Of a stretch of DNA of 64,000 bases, positions 11,973 through 23,805 are shown in pieces (position 1 is the first letter of the stretch; every line of letters begins with the position of its first letter). Origin of the DNA: Escherichia coli (lineage in GTDB: Bacteria > Pseudomonadota > Gammaproteobacteria > Enterobacterales > Enterobacteriaceae); assembly GCF_016903815.1 (NCBI RefSeq), contig NZ_CP069973.1. One strand, written 5' to 3'. The notes beneath the pieces are model-generated. The model searched no databases. It was not told the origin of the DNA and saw only the letters and a program-made list of their open reading frames with translations. The translations under genes were made by a program, and so were the position numbers.

Positions 11973-12491
11973 TCAGAAGGCAGACGTATCCTGGAACAGA
12001 CCGACTTTCAGGTCGCTGGCGGTATAGATCAGACGACCATCAACCAGCACTTCGCCATCCGCCAGGCCCATAATCAGACGACGGTTAACAATGCGTTTAA
12101 AGTGAATACGGTAGGTCACTTTTTTCGCTGTCGGCAGTACCTGACCAGTGAATTTCACTTCGCCAACGCCCAGCGCGCGGCCTTTACCTTCGCCGCCCAG
12201 CCAGCCGAGGTAGAACCCTACCAGCTGCCACATTGCGTCCAGGCCCAGACATCCTGGCATAACCGGATCACCAATGAAGTGGCATCCGAAGAACCACAGA
12301 TCCGGATTGATATCCAGTTCTGCTTCAACATACCCTTTGTCGAAGTTACCACCCGTTTCGGTCATTTTGACCACACGGTCCATCATCAGCATGTTCGGTG
12401 CTGGCAATTGCGGACCTTTAGCGCCAAACAGTTCACCGCGACCAGAGGCAAGAAGGTCTTCTTTTGTATAGGATTCGCGTTTATCTACCAT
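11973..12491 (-). CDS. fabA: 3-hydroxydecanoyl-ACP dehydratase/isomerase
   Basis: [40 protein letters not shown]… (172 aa); ORF-track ORF extends upstream of the real start. Confidence 0.95.
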
Positions 12492-12529
12492 GTTCTCTGT
12501 AAGCCTTATTTTATTGAAGCACGCAGGAT

Positions 12530-12565
12530 AGCTAACACGTGTACGCTGAACAAGTCCGATCAGTT
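12530..12565 (-). promoter_or_regulatory. fabA operator region: FabR-type palindrome plus FadR-type box
   Basis: AGCGTACACGTGTTAGCT palindrome and AACTGATCGGACTTGTTCAGCG in fabA orientation, just upstream of fabA start. Confidence 0.55.
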
Positions 12566-14320
12566 CGGAATAAACCAGTTCAGCCAACGTAATGGCCATG
12601 GAAAACGGTGACGTCCTTCCTGTTGCGATGCTTGCGCGATACGTTCCTGGATGGTTTGCATCAGCGTCGTTTGGCCTTCGCCATCCCACACCAGATTTAA
12701 TAATAACGGCAGTGCGTCAGTTACATCGTCTACTGCCCAGATGGTGAATTTGCCTTCTTCTACCGCTTTCACCAGTTCACTGTGAAGACTTAAATGGCGA
12801 ATGTTAGCAGTGGGGATAATGACACCTTGTTTCCCGGTTAACTCACGTTGCTGGCAAATAGCAAAGAAGCCTTCGATTTTCTCATTTAAACCACCGACCG
12901 GCTGGGCACGACCGAACTGATCGACTGAACCTGTGATAGCGATACTCTGATTCACCGGCACATCGGCGAGGGCGCTTATCAGGGCGCAGAGTTCAGCCAT
13001 CGAGGCACTATCGCCATCCACTTCACTGTATGACTGCTCAAATGTCAGCGATGCTGAGAAGGGGATCTGTTGCTCAAGCTGTAGTTCCGACATCAGGAAC
13101 GCCTGCATGATCATCATCCCTTTCGCATGGATATTGCCGCCAAGCTCCGCTTTGCGTTCGATGTCGGTGAATTCACCATCGCCAATATGCACAACGCAGC
13201 TAATGCGAGAAGGTTCGCCAAAAGCGCGTGGATGACCCGGAAATTCAATGACCGAAAGGGCGTTAATTTGCCCGATGCGTTCGCCTTCGGTTTCAATCAG
13301 GATTTGCTCCTGAAGAATCTCATCCTGCATGCGTTCAGCGAGGAAACCTTCGCGCCATTCACGCTGCTGTAGCATTAAGTTTAGCTGCTCGCCGGAGAAG
13401 GTGTCGCCATCGCACAGGGAGGCGACCTCTTTACACTGGCGGAGGATCCACTGCGGGCTAAGCGGAAGTGTTTCTTGTTCACCGGTGTAGCGTGCTGCTT
13501 CGCGGATAAGCACCGGCCAGGCATCCGCTCCCGGTGCAGGTAAGTGATTATGTCTGGCGGTCAATGTTACCCAGCGACACCACTGGCTTACTGACTCCGC
13601 ATCGACAATCTGCAGAGTATCTTCAAATTCGCTATAAATAGCCTGCTCTGAAAGCTCTGGTTCCATCTCCTGGAAATCAGCCAATGATTCGCGTTCGCCT
13701 ACCAGAATGACTTTCAGCTTCAATGGCATCGAAGGCACAGAGACGGGGAGAGGGCGCGACTCATCAAACGCAACCCAGTCAAAACGCTCGCGGTTAACGA
13801 TATTTTTCAGCCGCATCCACAGCAGAGGTTGCGCCAGCAGTGTACGCAAAGAGATGATGAGAATACCGCCATTTGCCTGATGCACCAGACCTGGCTGCAG
13901 GGTAATGTCGCCATTAAACTGGCGCAGGCAGCCAAAGAGTTGTTCCGCTTCTACCCAGTCGGCAGCGACAACTTGCGTTAAAGTCGCAAAATTATCATCT
14001 GCACTCACTGCGTTACGTAAGCGGATGGTGTGCCCGGAAACCTCATAGTGACCGCCCACCAGTTGGCCTGCATCGCTTTGTAGCGCACGCGCGGCATCGG
14101 CAATAAGATTCAGATACTCAGACTCTTCCGGGGCCTTCGCCAGCATAAAAGAGGAGGATGCTCGCGTATGCAGCAACTGCTCCATCGCAAATTGCAGTCG
14201 CGGTTGAGTATCACTGAATAAAGGATCGTTTTCGTCAATCAAATGTGGCTGAGCAAATATTTCCTGATAGCTATCGGTATCAGGAACCAGGTCACGCCAT
14301 GCAAGTTTCGTAATGGTCAA
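12560..14320 (-). CDS. ycbZ: Lon-protease-like protein YcbZ
   Basis: 586 aa ORF, conserved neighbour of fabA. Confidence 0.85.
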
Positions 14321-14505
14321 AGTTGATGTTTTTTAGTCTGTTGTCAAAGCCGCGATTATACCGTAACCGGCACTGCAGCACACGTAGAAAGCACCGACAA
14401 TACTCCTGGCATGGGCGTTAAAGCTCACAGGATGGAGATTCTTTTCTTCACTGGCCCAAAAAGCTGATATTCTGTAAAGAGTTACACGGTAACATTGAGA
14501 TCGCT

Positions 14506-14958
14506 ATGAAATATCAACAACTTGAAAATCTTGAAAGCGGTTGGAAATGGAAGTATCTGGTGAAGAAGCATCGCGAAGGGGAGTTAATCACCCGTTACAT
14601 AGAAGCCAGTGCCGCCCAGGAAGCCGTCGATGTGTTGCTCTCGCTGGAAAATGAACCCGTGCTGGTAAATGGCTGGATTGACAAGCATATGAATCCGGAA
14701 CTGGTCAATCGCATGAAGCAAACCATTCGGGCCAGACGGAAGCGCCATTTTAATGCGGAACACCAGCATACGCGCAAAAAATCGATCGATCTGGAATTTA
14801 TTGTCTGGCAACGTCTGGCTGGTCTTGCGCAGCGTCGCGGTAAAACGCTTTCTGAAACGATTGTTCAGCTGATTGAAGATGCGGAAAACAAAGAGAAATA
14901 CGCGAATAAAATGTCTTCTTTGAAGCAGGATCTGCAGGCATTGCTGGGTAAGGAATAA
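14506..14958 (+). CDS. matP: Macrodomain Ter protein MatP
   Basis: 150 aa, [35 protein letters not shown]…. Confidence 0.9.
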
Positions 14959-14991
14959 CTGACGAAAGTCAGTTCAATTTTCTATAGACGA

Positions 14992-15022
14992 AAAAAAACC
15001 CCGCAGCAGCGGGGTTTTTACC
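14992..15022. terminator. Bidirectional terminator between matP and ompA
   Basis: A-run, GC hairpin CCCCGCAGCAGCGGGG, T-run. Confidence 0.7.
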
Positions 15023-15032
15023 AGACGAGAAC

Positions 15033-16085
15033 TTAAGCCTGCGGCTGAGTTACAACGTCTTTGATGCCTTTAACTTCGATCTCTACGCGACGATCCGGAG
15101 CCAGGCAGTCGATCAGTGCAGCACGCTGTTTCACGTTGTCACAGGTGTTGCCAGTAACCGGGTTGGATTCGCCCATACCACGTGCGGAGATTTTGTCTGC
15201 CGGGATACCTTTAGAGATCAGGTAATCAACAACAGACTGAGCACGGCGCTCGGACAGACCCTGGTTGTAAGCGTCAGAACCGATGCGGTCGGTGTAACCC
15301 AGAACAACTACGGAACCGTCTTTCGGATCCAGGTTGCTCAGCTGGCTGTACAGCTGATCCAGAGCAGCCTGACCTTCCGGTTTCAGGGTTGCTTTGTTGA
15401 AGGTGAACAGAACGTCAGACTTCAGAGTGAAGTGCTTGGTCTGTACTTCCGGTGCCGGAGCTGGAGCCGGAGCAACTACTGGAGCTGCTTCGCCCTGACC
15501 GAAACGGTAGGAAACACCCAGGCTCAGCATGCCGTTGTCCGGACGAGTACCGATGGTGTGTGCGTCACCGATGTTGTTGGTCCACTGGTATTCCAGACGG
15601 GTAGCGATTTCAGGAGTGATCGCATACTCAACACCGCCAGCGAAGACCGGAGAAACGCCGGTATCGTGGTCTTTAAAAGATGCGCCACCAGGTACGTTAG
15701 CCTTGGTGTCTGCACGCCATACCATACCACCCAGACGAGTGTAGATGTCCAGATCGTCAGTGATTGGGTAACCCAGTTTAGCGGTCAGCTGAACGCCCTG
15801 AGCTTTGTATGCGCCGTTGATGTTGTCGCCTTTGTACGGCATACGACCTAACCAGTCGTAACCCATTTCAAAGCCAACATACGGGTTAACCTGGTAACCA
15901 CCAAAAGCACCTGCACCCAGTTGGTTTTCGTGGGTCGGACCATTGTTAGGAATAAAACCAGTGTCATGGTACTGGGACCAGCCCAGTTTAGCACCAGTGT
16001 ACCAGGTGTTATCTTTCGGAGCGGCCTGCGCTACGGTAGCGAAACCAGCCAGTGCCACTGCAATCGCGATAGCTGTCTTTTTCAT
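15033..16085 (-). CDS. ompA: Outer membrane protein A, variant loop allele
   Basis: [21 protein letters not shown] signal peptide, Ala-Pro hinge, C-terminal OmpA domain; loop segments differ from the K-12 sequence as I recall it. Confidence 0.95.
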   Translation of the reverse strand: MKKTAIAIAVALAGFATVAQAAPKDNTWYTGAKLGWSQYHDTGFIPNNGPTHENQLGAGAFGGYQVNPYVGFEMGYDWLGRMPYKGDNINGAYKAQGVQLTAKLGYPITDDLDIYTRLGGMVWRADTKANVPGGASFKDHDTGVSPVFAGGVEYAITPEIATRLEYQWTNNIGDAHTIGTRPDNGMLSLGVSYRFGQGEAAPVVAPAPAPAPEVQTKHFTLKSDVLFTFNKATLKPEGQAALDQLYSQLSNLDPKDGSVVVLGYTDRIGSDAYNQGLSERRAQSVVDYLISKGIPADKISARGMGESNPVTGNTCDNVKQRAALIDCLAPDRRVEIEVKGIKDVVTQPQA

Positions 16086-16441
16086 TTTTTGCGCCTCGTT
16101 ATCATCCAAAATACGCCATGAATATCTCCAACGAGATAACACGGTTAAATCCTTCACCGGGGGATCTGCTCAATATTAACTCTACCGATATCTTCGGCTT
16201 ATGCCGAGCACCCCTGGCGATGTAAAGTCTACAACGTAGTTGAAAACTTACAAGTGTGAACTCCGTCAGGCATATGAAAAAAAAGTCTTGTATAAGGTAC
16301 GTTTAATCTTTTTTGTCAGCGACAATTTACAGAAGAAAATCGCGGAAACCGCTTCAGACAAGCCTCCGCAAGGAAAATTAGTCACGACTGAAAGCATTGG
16401 CTGGGCGACAAAAAAAGTTCCAGGATTAATCCTAAATTTAC

Positions 16442-16951
16442 TTAATGATACAAATTAGAGTGAATTTTTAGCCCGGAAAGTTGTCTCGTTGCGTGAGAGG
16501 ATGCGCTTACCGGACGCATAATAAACCCCATAGCGTTACCTTCATTTGCCGCATCAACAAGTTCAGCATGCTCTTCTTCAGTCAAATCATCTGCCAACCA
16601 ACCGATCACCACGCTGTAATTGCCCGTGCGTAAAGCGCGAACCATTGACTCCACGGTGTGGCAAGGGGAGAGCTGGCTAATCTGCATTACTTTCGTTAAG
16701 GGTAGCCCAGATGCCTGAACCCATTCGCGACTCAGTTTTTGTTGCGGTGTTAACCAAAGTTGCCAGCGCGATTGCTGACCGAGTTGCTGTAACAATGGCA
16801 ACAGTAGAAGTTGCGTCATCATGGGCTGATCTTCGCGATAGACAACTTCACTGATAAGCCCGGCTGTAGTGTTTTCCGTAGAGACACGCGCAATTTTACT
16901 TGCTGCGGATGAGAACGACGAAGAACGATGTGCATAGCCTGAAGTGTACAT
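16442..16951 (-). CDS. sulA: SOS cell-division inhibitor SulA
   Basis: [41 protein letters not shown]…. Confidence 0.9.
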
Positions 16952-16973
16952 AATCAATCCAGCCCCTGTGAGT

Positions 16974-16993
16974 TACTGTATGGATGTACAGTA
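16974..16993 (-). promoter_or_regulatory. LexA operator (SOS box) of sulA
   Basis: TACTGTATGGATGTACAGTA (CTGT-N8-ACAG) about 25 bp upstream of the sulA start. Confidence 0.85.
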
Positions 16994-17169
16994 CATCCAG
17001 TGACAACAAAGATCAACCCTATTTTCGGAAAGAGCCTCGCAAATTTTGTCGTTGGTGACGGGAAAACATAAATTAATCTTGCCCCTTAAGAATAAGTTGC
17101 CTATTTTCGTAGTTAACGGATCCGTTAATGTGAATCATTCTTTTATGTTATGATTTTAAAAGGAATTTT

Positions 17170-17799
17170 ATGAAAAGCCTCTCCTATAAGCGGATCTATA
17201 AATCACAAGAATACCTGGCAACGTTGGGCACAATTGAATACCGATCATTGTTTGGTAGTTACAGCCTGACCGTTGACGACACGGTGTTTGCGATGGTTTC
17301 TGATGGTGAGTTGTATCTTCGGGCTTGTGAGCAAAGTGCACAGTACTGTGTAAAACATCCGCCTGTCTGGCTGACATATAAAAAGTGTGGCCGATCCGTT
17401 ACCCTCAATTACTATCGGGTTGATGAAAGTCTATGGCGAAATCAACTGAAGCTGGTGCGTCTGTCGAAATATTCTCTCGATGCAGCGCTGAAAGAGAAAA
17501 GCACGCGCAATACCCGGGAAAGACTGAAAGATTTGCCCAATATGTCTTTTCATCTGGAAGCGATTCTCGGGGAGGTGGGGATTAAGGATGTACGGGCGTT
17601 ACGTATACTTGGGGCAAAAATGTGTTGGTTGCGACTGCGGCAGCAAAACAGTCTGGTGACAGAAAAGATTCTGTTTATGCTTGAAGGGGCCATTATCGGC
17701 ATTCATGAAGCTGCGCTCCCGGTGGCACGCCGCCAGGAGCTTGCAGAATGGGCTGACTCTCTTACGCCGAAACAGGAGTTTCCTGCGGAACTTGAGTAA
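17170..17799 (+). CDS. sxy: Competence regulator Sxy/TfoX
   Basis: 209 aa, MKSLSYKRIYKSQEYLATLGTIEYRSLFGSYSLTVDD…. Confidence 0.9.
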   Translation: MKSLSYKRIYKSQEYLATLGTIEYRSLFGSYSLTVDDTVFAMVSDGELYLRACEQSAQYCVKHPPVWLTYKKCGRSVTLNYYRVDESLWRNQLKLVRLSKYSLDAALKEKSTRNTRERLKDLPNMSFHLEAILGEVGIKDVRALRILGAKMCWLRLRQQNSLVTEKILFMLEGAIIGIHEAALPVARRQELAEWADSLTPKQEFPAELE

Positions 17800-19915
17800 T
17801 CTGGCGTTGCAGACGACCAATCTCTGGCAGTAATGCAATCAATAACCCAACTTGTTGTACGACCAGAGGTTCTTTGCTGTCTGCCCGAGGTTCAAGTTGC
17901 TGCATCCGCTGTTTCAGGCCAGCTAATGCCTGATTGACGCGTTCTTCATCAGCAGGTTGATGATGTAGCGCGTCATCAACATAGCAAACGGCGTCATCAA
18001 GAAACGCCAGAATTTCAGGATTAGTTAACTGCTCCCGGTGAGCACCGAGGGCTGAGATATAGCTGGTAAACGTATGGTTAAGGCACAGCAACCGAAACGC
18101 GGCTTCGCGAATTTGCGGGGTAACGTTCGGTTCGCTGGACATATTTGATACCACCGACGCCAGTTCAGCATCACGGTTGTGTGCATCGCGGCGGGCAATA
18201 CGATACGCCAGACGGTTATCACGCCCCTGATGGTATTGTTCCAGTATGGCATCGAGATACCGACAGTTGGCCTCTGTGGCGCGTTCGAGCATTCGCGGCA
18301 GATTGCGAAACTTCCAGTCAGGCCAGATGTAGCTCACCGCCGCCCACGCAATGGCACAACCAATCAGCGTATCGATTACGCGAGGTAACGCCACTTCAAA
18401 ACCTTCACCCAGCAAGTTAAAACACAGTAGCACCAAAAGTGTGATGAACATCGTTGCATGGGCGTATTGCACATTACGGAAGGCAAAAAAGAGCACGCCG
18501 GTAATAACCAGCAGCACCAGCTGCCCTTCCAGTGATGGCACAAACCACAGCACAGGAATGCCAATTGCGATACCTACCAGCGTACCAATAATCCTTAACT
18601 TCAGGCGGTGGCGCGTGGCGTTATAGTTTGGCTGGCAGACAAACAAACTTGTCAGCAAGATCCAATACCCGTGATGCATTCCGGTTATCTGAATGATGGC
18701 GTAGCCGAAGCACAACACCAGCGACATTCTTACCGCATGACGGAAGAGGGCGGATTCCGGCGTGAAGTGACGGCTAAGACGCAGCCAGATATCACTCAAT
18801 CCGTGCGGGCTGTCATCAGCGAGCTCATTTTCGTCATTATTATGGGGCAGTGCCTGGGCCTGTTCTGATTCAATTGTTGCCAGTTGGGCATCAATAGCGC
18901 GTAAATTGTTCAGCAAAAATCCCAGTGTTTTGAGTAAATCGGCAGGTGCGCCGTTATCGCGCATCCGCTCCAGCGCAGCATCAATATGCGTAAAAGCGCG
19001 CTCGAAATGCGGATCATGTTGATAAGGCTGACGCAACAAAATACAGCGTGACAGTTGCTGGCACGCCTGGCCCTGCATCGACATCAGCCGCTGAAAACGG
19101 AACAGCACGTCGCTGTGGCGAAAATGTTCACGCAATGTTTGATACTGAATATGAGAAGAGCTGGCACGCTCGTGAATATCCTGCGCGACGAAGTAATAAT
19201 GCAGCGTGCGACGCGTTCCCCGTTGACCACGATCGCCACGTAAGCGGGTCAGCAGCGAGAGTTTCGTCTGATTCAATGTCGCCATCAGCTGACCGTTGGC
19301 GAGAGCCAAATCGTACAGCGGTGCCTGGCTTTCATCTTCAATATCAGGATCAAACATGCGCGACTTGAGCTCAAGGTAACGCGCCAGTTGTTCATAGCAA
19401 CGCGCCAGGTTGTCCTGCAGCGGGCGGACCGGGAACAGTAGATGACCAATAAGTGTCAGGACGTTGTACCAGACGGCACCGGCCAGCAGATACATCGGCT
19501 GCTGATACCAGTGCTCATACAGTGACGTCCCCAACATAGTGTAAATGGCGATCAGTAACGCACCGAAGGCAATTGTTGCATAGCGTTGACCCAGACCGCC
19601 GAGCAAAATGAAGCCGCTGGTTGAGAGCGTTAAGCCAATCGCAAATAGCCAGGGCCAGGGAAACAGCAGTTCTACTGAGGCCGAGGCGATAAAAAAGCAG
19701 AACAGCGTAATGATGAGGTTACGCAAACGTCCCGCCAGCCGGTCATCGAGATCGGTCAGCGCCGCTGCCACCATCCCCAGCGTCAGCGGAATCGTCAGTT
19801 TTACATCACCCAGCCACCACGGAAACGCTGTGGTTCCACAAAGCGCAATAAAAATACGCGCGTAATACAGCCAGGCGCTGTTCCAGGTATAGCGTTTGAG
19901 CAAAGGACTTAGCAT
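17762..19915 (-). CDS. yccS: Inner membrane protein YccS (FUSC-like)
   Basis: Multi-TM ORF; start chosen at MLSPLLKRYTWNSAW; ORF track begins 3 codons earlier. Confidence 0.8.
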   Translation of the reverse strand: MLSPLLKRYTWNSAWLYYARIFIALCGTTAFPWWLGDVKLTIPLTLGMVAAALTDLDDRLAGRLRNLIITLFCFFIASASVELLFPWPWLFAIGLTLSTSGFILLGGLGQRYATIAFGALLIAIYTMLGTSLYEHWYQQPMYLLAGAVWYNVLTLIGHLLFPVRPLQDNLARCYEQLARYLELKSRMFDPDIEDESQAPLYDLALANGQLMATLNQTKLSLLTRLRGDRGQRGTRRTLHYYFVAQDIHERASSSHIQYQTLREHFRHSDVLFRFQRLMSMQGQACQQLSRCILLRQPYQHDPHFERAFTHIDAALERMRDNGAPADLLKTLGFLLNNLRAIDAQLATIESEQAQALPHNNDENELADDSPHGLSDIWLRLSRHFTPESALFRHAVRMSLVLCFGYAIIQITGMHHGYWILLTSLFVCQPNYNATRHRLKLRIIGTLVGIAIGIPVLWFVPSLEGQLVLLVITGVLFFAFRNVQYAHATMFITLLVLLCFNLLGEGFEVALPRVIDTLIGCAIAWAAVSYIWPDWKFRNLPRMLERATEANCRYLDAILEQYHQGRDNRLAYRIARRDAHNRDAELASVVSNMSSEPNVTPQIREAAFRLLCLNHTFTSYISALGAHREQLTNPEILAFLDDAVCYVDDALHHQPADEERVNQALAGLKQRMQQLEPRADSKEPLVVQQVGLLIALLPEIGRLQRQITQVPQETPVSA

Positions 19916-19933
19916 AAAGGCCATATTAGTGGA

Positions 19934-20380
19934 TTATTCAAAACGACGACGTGCATTGGCTTCACGCGCAGCTTGCGCTGTTTCTACCGATACCACGCGA
20001 CGACCGACCGGCCATAGTGCAATAGCGGCAATTTTAAAGTTCGCAATGCCGACAGGAATGCCAATGATGGAAATACATTGTGCGATGCCCGTTGCAATGT
20101 GCATCAGGCATAACCACCAGCCAAAGAAAATCAGCCAGAAAATATTCAATACCGTACCGCCAGTATTCAGCAGCACATTTTTGCCAGCCGGGTTCAGTTC
20201 ATCGACATGAATAGCCTCATTGCCATAAGGCACCAGAGACAGTTTAGTAATCTCCCAGCAGGATCGTGTCAGCGGTAAGGTAAAAATCAGCACAATACTG
20301 ACCAGAGTCGCCAACAGCCAGCCCAGAGTGGTGGCAAATCCGCCAAGCACAAAGTTCAGAATGTTCAAAACGGTACGCAT
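19934..20380 (-). CDS. yccF: Inner membrane protein YccF
   Basis: 148 aa hydrophobic ORF, conserved position. Confidence 0.85.
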   Translation of the reverse strand: MRTVLNILNFVLGGFATTLGWLLATLVSIVLIFTLPLTRSCWEITKLSLVPYGNEAIHVDELNPAGKNVLLNTGGTVLNIFWLIFFGWWLCLMHIATGIAQCISIIGIPVGIANFKIAAIALWPVGRRVVSVETAQAAREANARRRFE

Positions 20381-20502
20381 AAAACCTCGCTTTACTGTGG
20401 TTTTCAGTAATGGGCGGCAATTGTAACGTTTTTTTGGGCTGGAGCACGTTTTCTCTGACGGTTACACTGATAAGAAATCATTTCGTGTGGATCTACAGAG
20501 TC

Positions 20503-22557
20503 ATGGAACTGAAAGCGACAACGCTTGGAAAACGTCTGGCACAGCACCCTTACGATCGGGCGGTGATCCTCAATGCCGGGATTAAAGTCTCCGGCGATCG
20601 CCACGAATACCTTATTCCTTTCAATCAATTACTGGCGATTCACTGTAAGCGCGGTCTGGTATGGGGCGAGCTGGAGTTTGTACTGCCGGACGAAAAAGTG
20701 GTGCGTCTGCACGGCACCGAATGGGGCGAGACGCAGCGTTTTTACCATCATCTTGATGCTCACTGGCGGCGGTGGAGTGGCGAGATGAGCGAAATTGCGT
20801 CTGGTGTTTTACGCCAGCAACTGGATTTGATTGCCACGCGTACTGGAGAAAATAAATGGCTGACGCGTGAGCAAACCTCTGGCGTGCAGCAACAAATCCG
20901 CCAGGCTTTGTCGGCGTTGCCGTTGCCGGTTAACCGACTGGAAGAATTCGATAACTGCCGTGAGGCGTGGCGTAAATGTCAGGCCTGGTTGAAAGATATT
21001 GAAAGCGCTCGGTTGCAGCATAATCAGGCGTATACCGAAGCCATGCTTACCGAGTATGCGGATTTTTTCCGCCAGGTCGAGTCTTCACCGCTGAATCCGG
21101 CGCAGGCCCGGGCAGTCGTTAATGGCGAGCATTCTTTGTTAGTGCTGGCTGGTGCAGGAAGCGGAAAAACGTCGGTGCTGGTGGCCCGTGCAGGCTGGTT
21201 GCTGGCGCGTGGTGAAGCGTCCCCTGCGCAAATTTTATTGCTGGCGTTTGGTCGCAAAGCCGCTGAAGAGATGGACGAGCGTATTCGCGAACGGCTACAT
21301 ACCGAAGACATTACCGCACGCACGTTTCATGCGCTGGCGCTGCATATTATTCAGCAGGGCAGCAAAAAAGTTCCGATAGTCAGCAAACTGGAAAATGATA
21401 CCGCTGCCCGTCATGAACTCTTTATTGCTGAGTGGCGCAAGCAATGCAGCGAAAAGAAAGCGCAGGCGAAGGGCTGGCGGCAATGGCTGACGGAAGAAAT
21501 GCAGTGGTCAGTGCCAGAAGGTAACTTCTGGGATGATGAAAAATTACAGCGTCGTCTTGCCTCACGCCTCGATCGTTGGGTAAGTCTGATGCGGATGCAC
21601 GGTGGTGCACAGGCAGAAATGATTGCCAGTGCACCCGAAGAGATTCGCGATCTGTTCAGTAAACGTATCAAGTTGATGGCCCCGTTATTAAAAGCCTGGA
21701 AAGGTGCGCTGAAGGCAGAAAACGCTGTCGATTTTTCGGGCCTTATTCATCAGGCGATTGTGATTCTGGAGAAAGGTCGCTTTATCAGCCCGTGGAAGCA
21801 TATTCTGGTTGATGAATTTCAGGATATCTCGCCGCAGCGGGCAGCGTTGTTAGCGGCATTACGCAAGCAAAACAGTCAGACGACGTTGTTCGCCGTTGGT
21901 GATGACTGGCAGGCGATTTACCGATTCAGCGGTGCGCAAATGTCGCTCACCACCGCTTTCCATGAAAACTTTGGTGAAGGCGATCGCTGTGACTTAGACA
22001 CGACTTACCGTTTTAACAGTCGTATCGGTGAGGTGGCAAACCGGTTTATTCAGCAGAACCCAGGCCAGCTGAAAAAGCCGCTAAACAGCTTAACCAATGG
22101 AGACAAAAAAGGCGTCACGTTATTGGATGAGAGCCATCTTGACGGTTTGCTGGATAAGCTCTCTGGTTATGCCAAACCGGAAGAGCGCATTCTGATCCTG
22201 GCGCGTTACCATCACATGAGGCCTGCCAGCCTGGAAAAAGCGGCAACACGCTGGCCGAAGTTGCAAATCGACTTTATGACCATTCATGCCAGCAAAGGGC
22301 AACAGGCGGATTATGTCATTATCGTTGGCTTGCAGGAGGGAAGTGATGGTTTTCCGGCTGCGGCGCGGGAGTCGATTATGGAAGAGGCGCTACTGCCACC
22401 GGTTGAGGATTTCCCGGACGCTGAAGAACGGCGGTTAATGTACGTGGCGCTAACCCGGGCACGCCATCGGGTATGGGCACTGTTTAACAAAGAGAATCCC
22501 TCTCCCTTTGTGGAAATACTGAAAAATCTGGATGTGCCGGTGGCGAGAAAACCGTAA
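20503..22557 (+). CDS. helD: DNA helicase IV
   Basis: Start at MELKATTLGKRLAQ; Walker A GAGSGKTS; UvrD-like motifs. Confidence 0.9.
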   Translation: MELKATTLGKRLAQHPYDRAVILNAGIKVSGDRHEYLIPFNQLLAIHCKRGLVWGELEFVLPDEKVVRLHGTEWGETQRFYHHLDAHWRRWSGEMSEIASGVLRQQLDLIATRTGENKWLTREQTSGVQQQIRQALSALPLPVNRLEEFDNCREAWRKCQAWLKDIESARLQHNQAYTEAMLTEYADFFRQVESSPLNPAQARAVVNGEHSLLVLAGAGSGKTSVLVARAGWLLARGEASPAQILLLAFGRKAAEEMDERIRERLHTEDITARTFHALALHIIQQGSKKVPIVSKLENDTAARHELFIAEWRKQCSEKKAQAKGWRQWLTEEMQWSVPEGNFWDDEKLQRRLASRLDRWVSLMRMHGGAQAEMIASAPEEIRDLFSKRIKLMAPLLKAWKGALKAENAVDFSGLIHQAIVILEKGRFISPWKHILVDEFQDISPQRAALLAALRKQNSQTTLFAVGDDWQAIYRFSGAQMSLTTAFHENFGEGDRCDLDTTYRFNSRIGEVANRFIQQNPGQLKKPLNSLTNGDKKGVTLLDESHLDGLLDKLSGYAKPEERILILARYHHMRPASLEKAATRWPKLQIDFMTIHASKGQQADYVIIVGLQEGSDGFPAAARESIMEEALLPPVEDFPDAEERRLMYVALTRARHRVWALFNKENPSPFVEILKNLDVPVARKP

Positions 22558-22561
22558 GGAA

Positions 22562-22582
22562 CAGGTGGCGTTTGCCACCTGT
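22562..22582. terminator. Bidirectional hairpin between helD and mgsA
   Basis: CAGGTGGCGTTTGCCACCTG inverted repeat. Confidence 0.5.
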
Positions 22583-22588
22583 GCAATA

Positions 22589-23047
22589 TTACTTCAGACG
22601 GTCCGCGAGATAACGCTGATAATCGGGGATCAGAATATCGACCGCGTCGTTGAAATGCGGCGACTGGATAATGAAGTCTGCCGTTGCCACGTTGGTGGCG
22701 ACCGGAATGTTCCATACCGTCGCCAGACGCAACAGGGCTTTCACGTCAGGATCGTGCGGCACGGCATTTAGTGGGTCCCAGAAGAAAATCAATACATCAA
22801 TTTTCCCTTCTGAGATCAATGCGCCAACCTGCTGGTCACCCCCCATTGGGCCACTCAACATCGCGTTGACGTTCATGCCGGTTGCACGGGAAATCAAGTT
22901 ACCGGTAGTGCCTGTTGCATACAGTACGTGTTGTTCCAGTAACGGTTGATGCCGTTCCACCCAGCTCATCAGCATTTGTTTGCAGTGATCGTGTGCCACC
23001 AGCGCAATATGTTTCCGCGCAGGTAAAGTGCGAGTCGTCAGTTCCAT
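22589..23047 (-). CDS. mgsA: Methylglyoxal synthase
   Basis: [24 protein letters not shown]… (152 aa). Confidence 0.9.
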
Positions 23048-23142
23048 AATGTACATCCGTAGTTAACTTTCCTACAGATTACTGTAAGCACTTATCGCTG
23101 CAAGATAAAGACCGAAAAAGCCTGCGCACAGGCACAAAAATC

Positions 23143-23805
23143 TCAGGAAGATGGTTGTTTTTCCGCCCATTGCAGGAAAGTATTTCGCGTTTGTGGGTCA
23201 GCCAGTTTAAACCAATACTTCAACCGTTGTTCTGTGAGCACCTGAGACTGCGGTGGAATAGCATCCAGCTCGGAAACACCCGAAAGCAGCGTACTGTCAT
23301 CTGCCATCATCGTGGCAAATTGCGGTAGTGAAGCGCGTTTCGCGGATTTGTTATAGCGTTCAACCTCGACCTCATAATCAATCGTTTTTGCCGTTGAGGT
23401 AATGGCGAGAATATCCAGCTTTACCGGAATCGGCGTCGCATCGCCATCCAACAATTCAAGGCGCGGCGCGGCATCAAAATGGTTAGCTTCCCGCTCATTC
23501 TCCAGGCGAGGCAGGCGAAAATTGACCTGGTTGATGAGCTGGGTGTTAAAACTGACCACCAGCGGTGGGGAGATATACAGCCGTTCTTCACTATTGGAAA
23601 GATGAATCGTCTTCTCAACGCGAAACACTAACTGATGCGGTCCGTTATCCAGTTCAATGCTGTCCGCACCGCGCAGCAGAGAGCTGGAAACCTTCTTGCC
23701 GTCGAGTACCAGAAGATCGACATCGGTTGAAAGCCGCAGCGTGGTGGCAAAAACGGATACCGGCAAACATAATGCAATCAAGGTGGTCACGATGCCGGTT
23801 TTCAT
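23143..23805 (-). CDS. yccT: Periplasmic protein YccT (signal peptide)
   Basis: 220 aa with N-terminal signal peptide [20 protein letters not shown]. Confidence 0.85.

Noticed and set aside
12102-12611. 169-aa plus-strand ORF
   Set aside because: Antisense overlap of fabA and the ycbZ 3' end; fabA is unambiguous.
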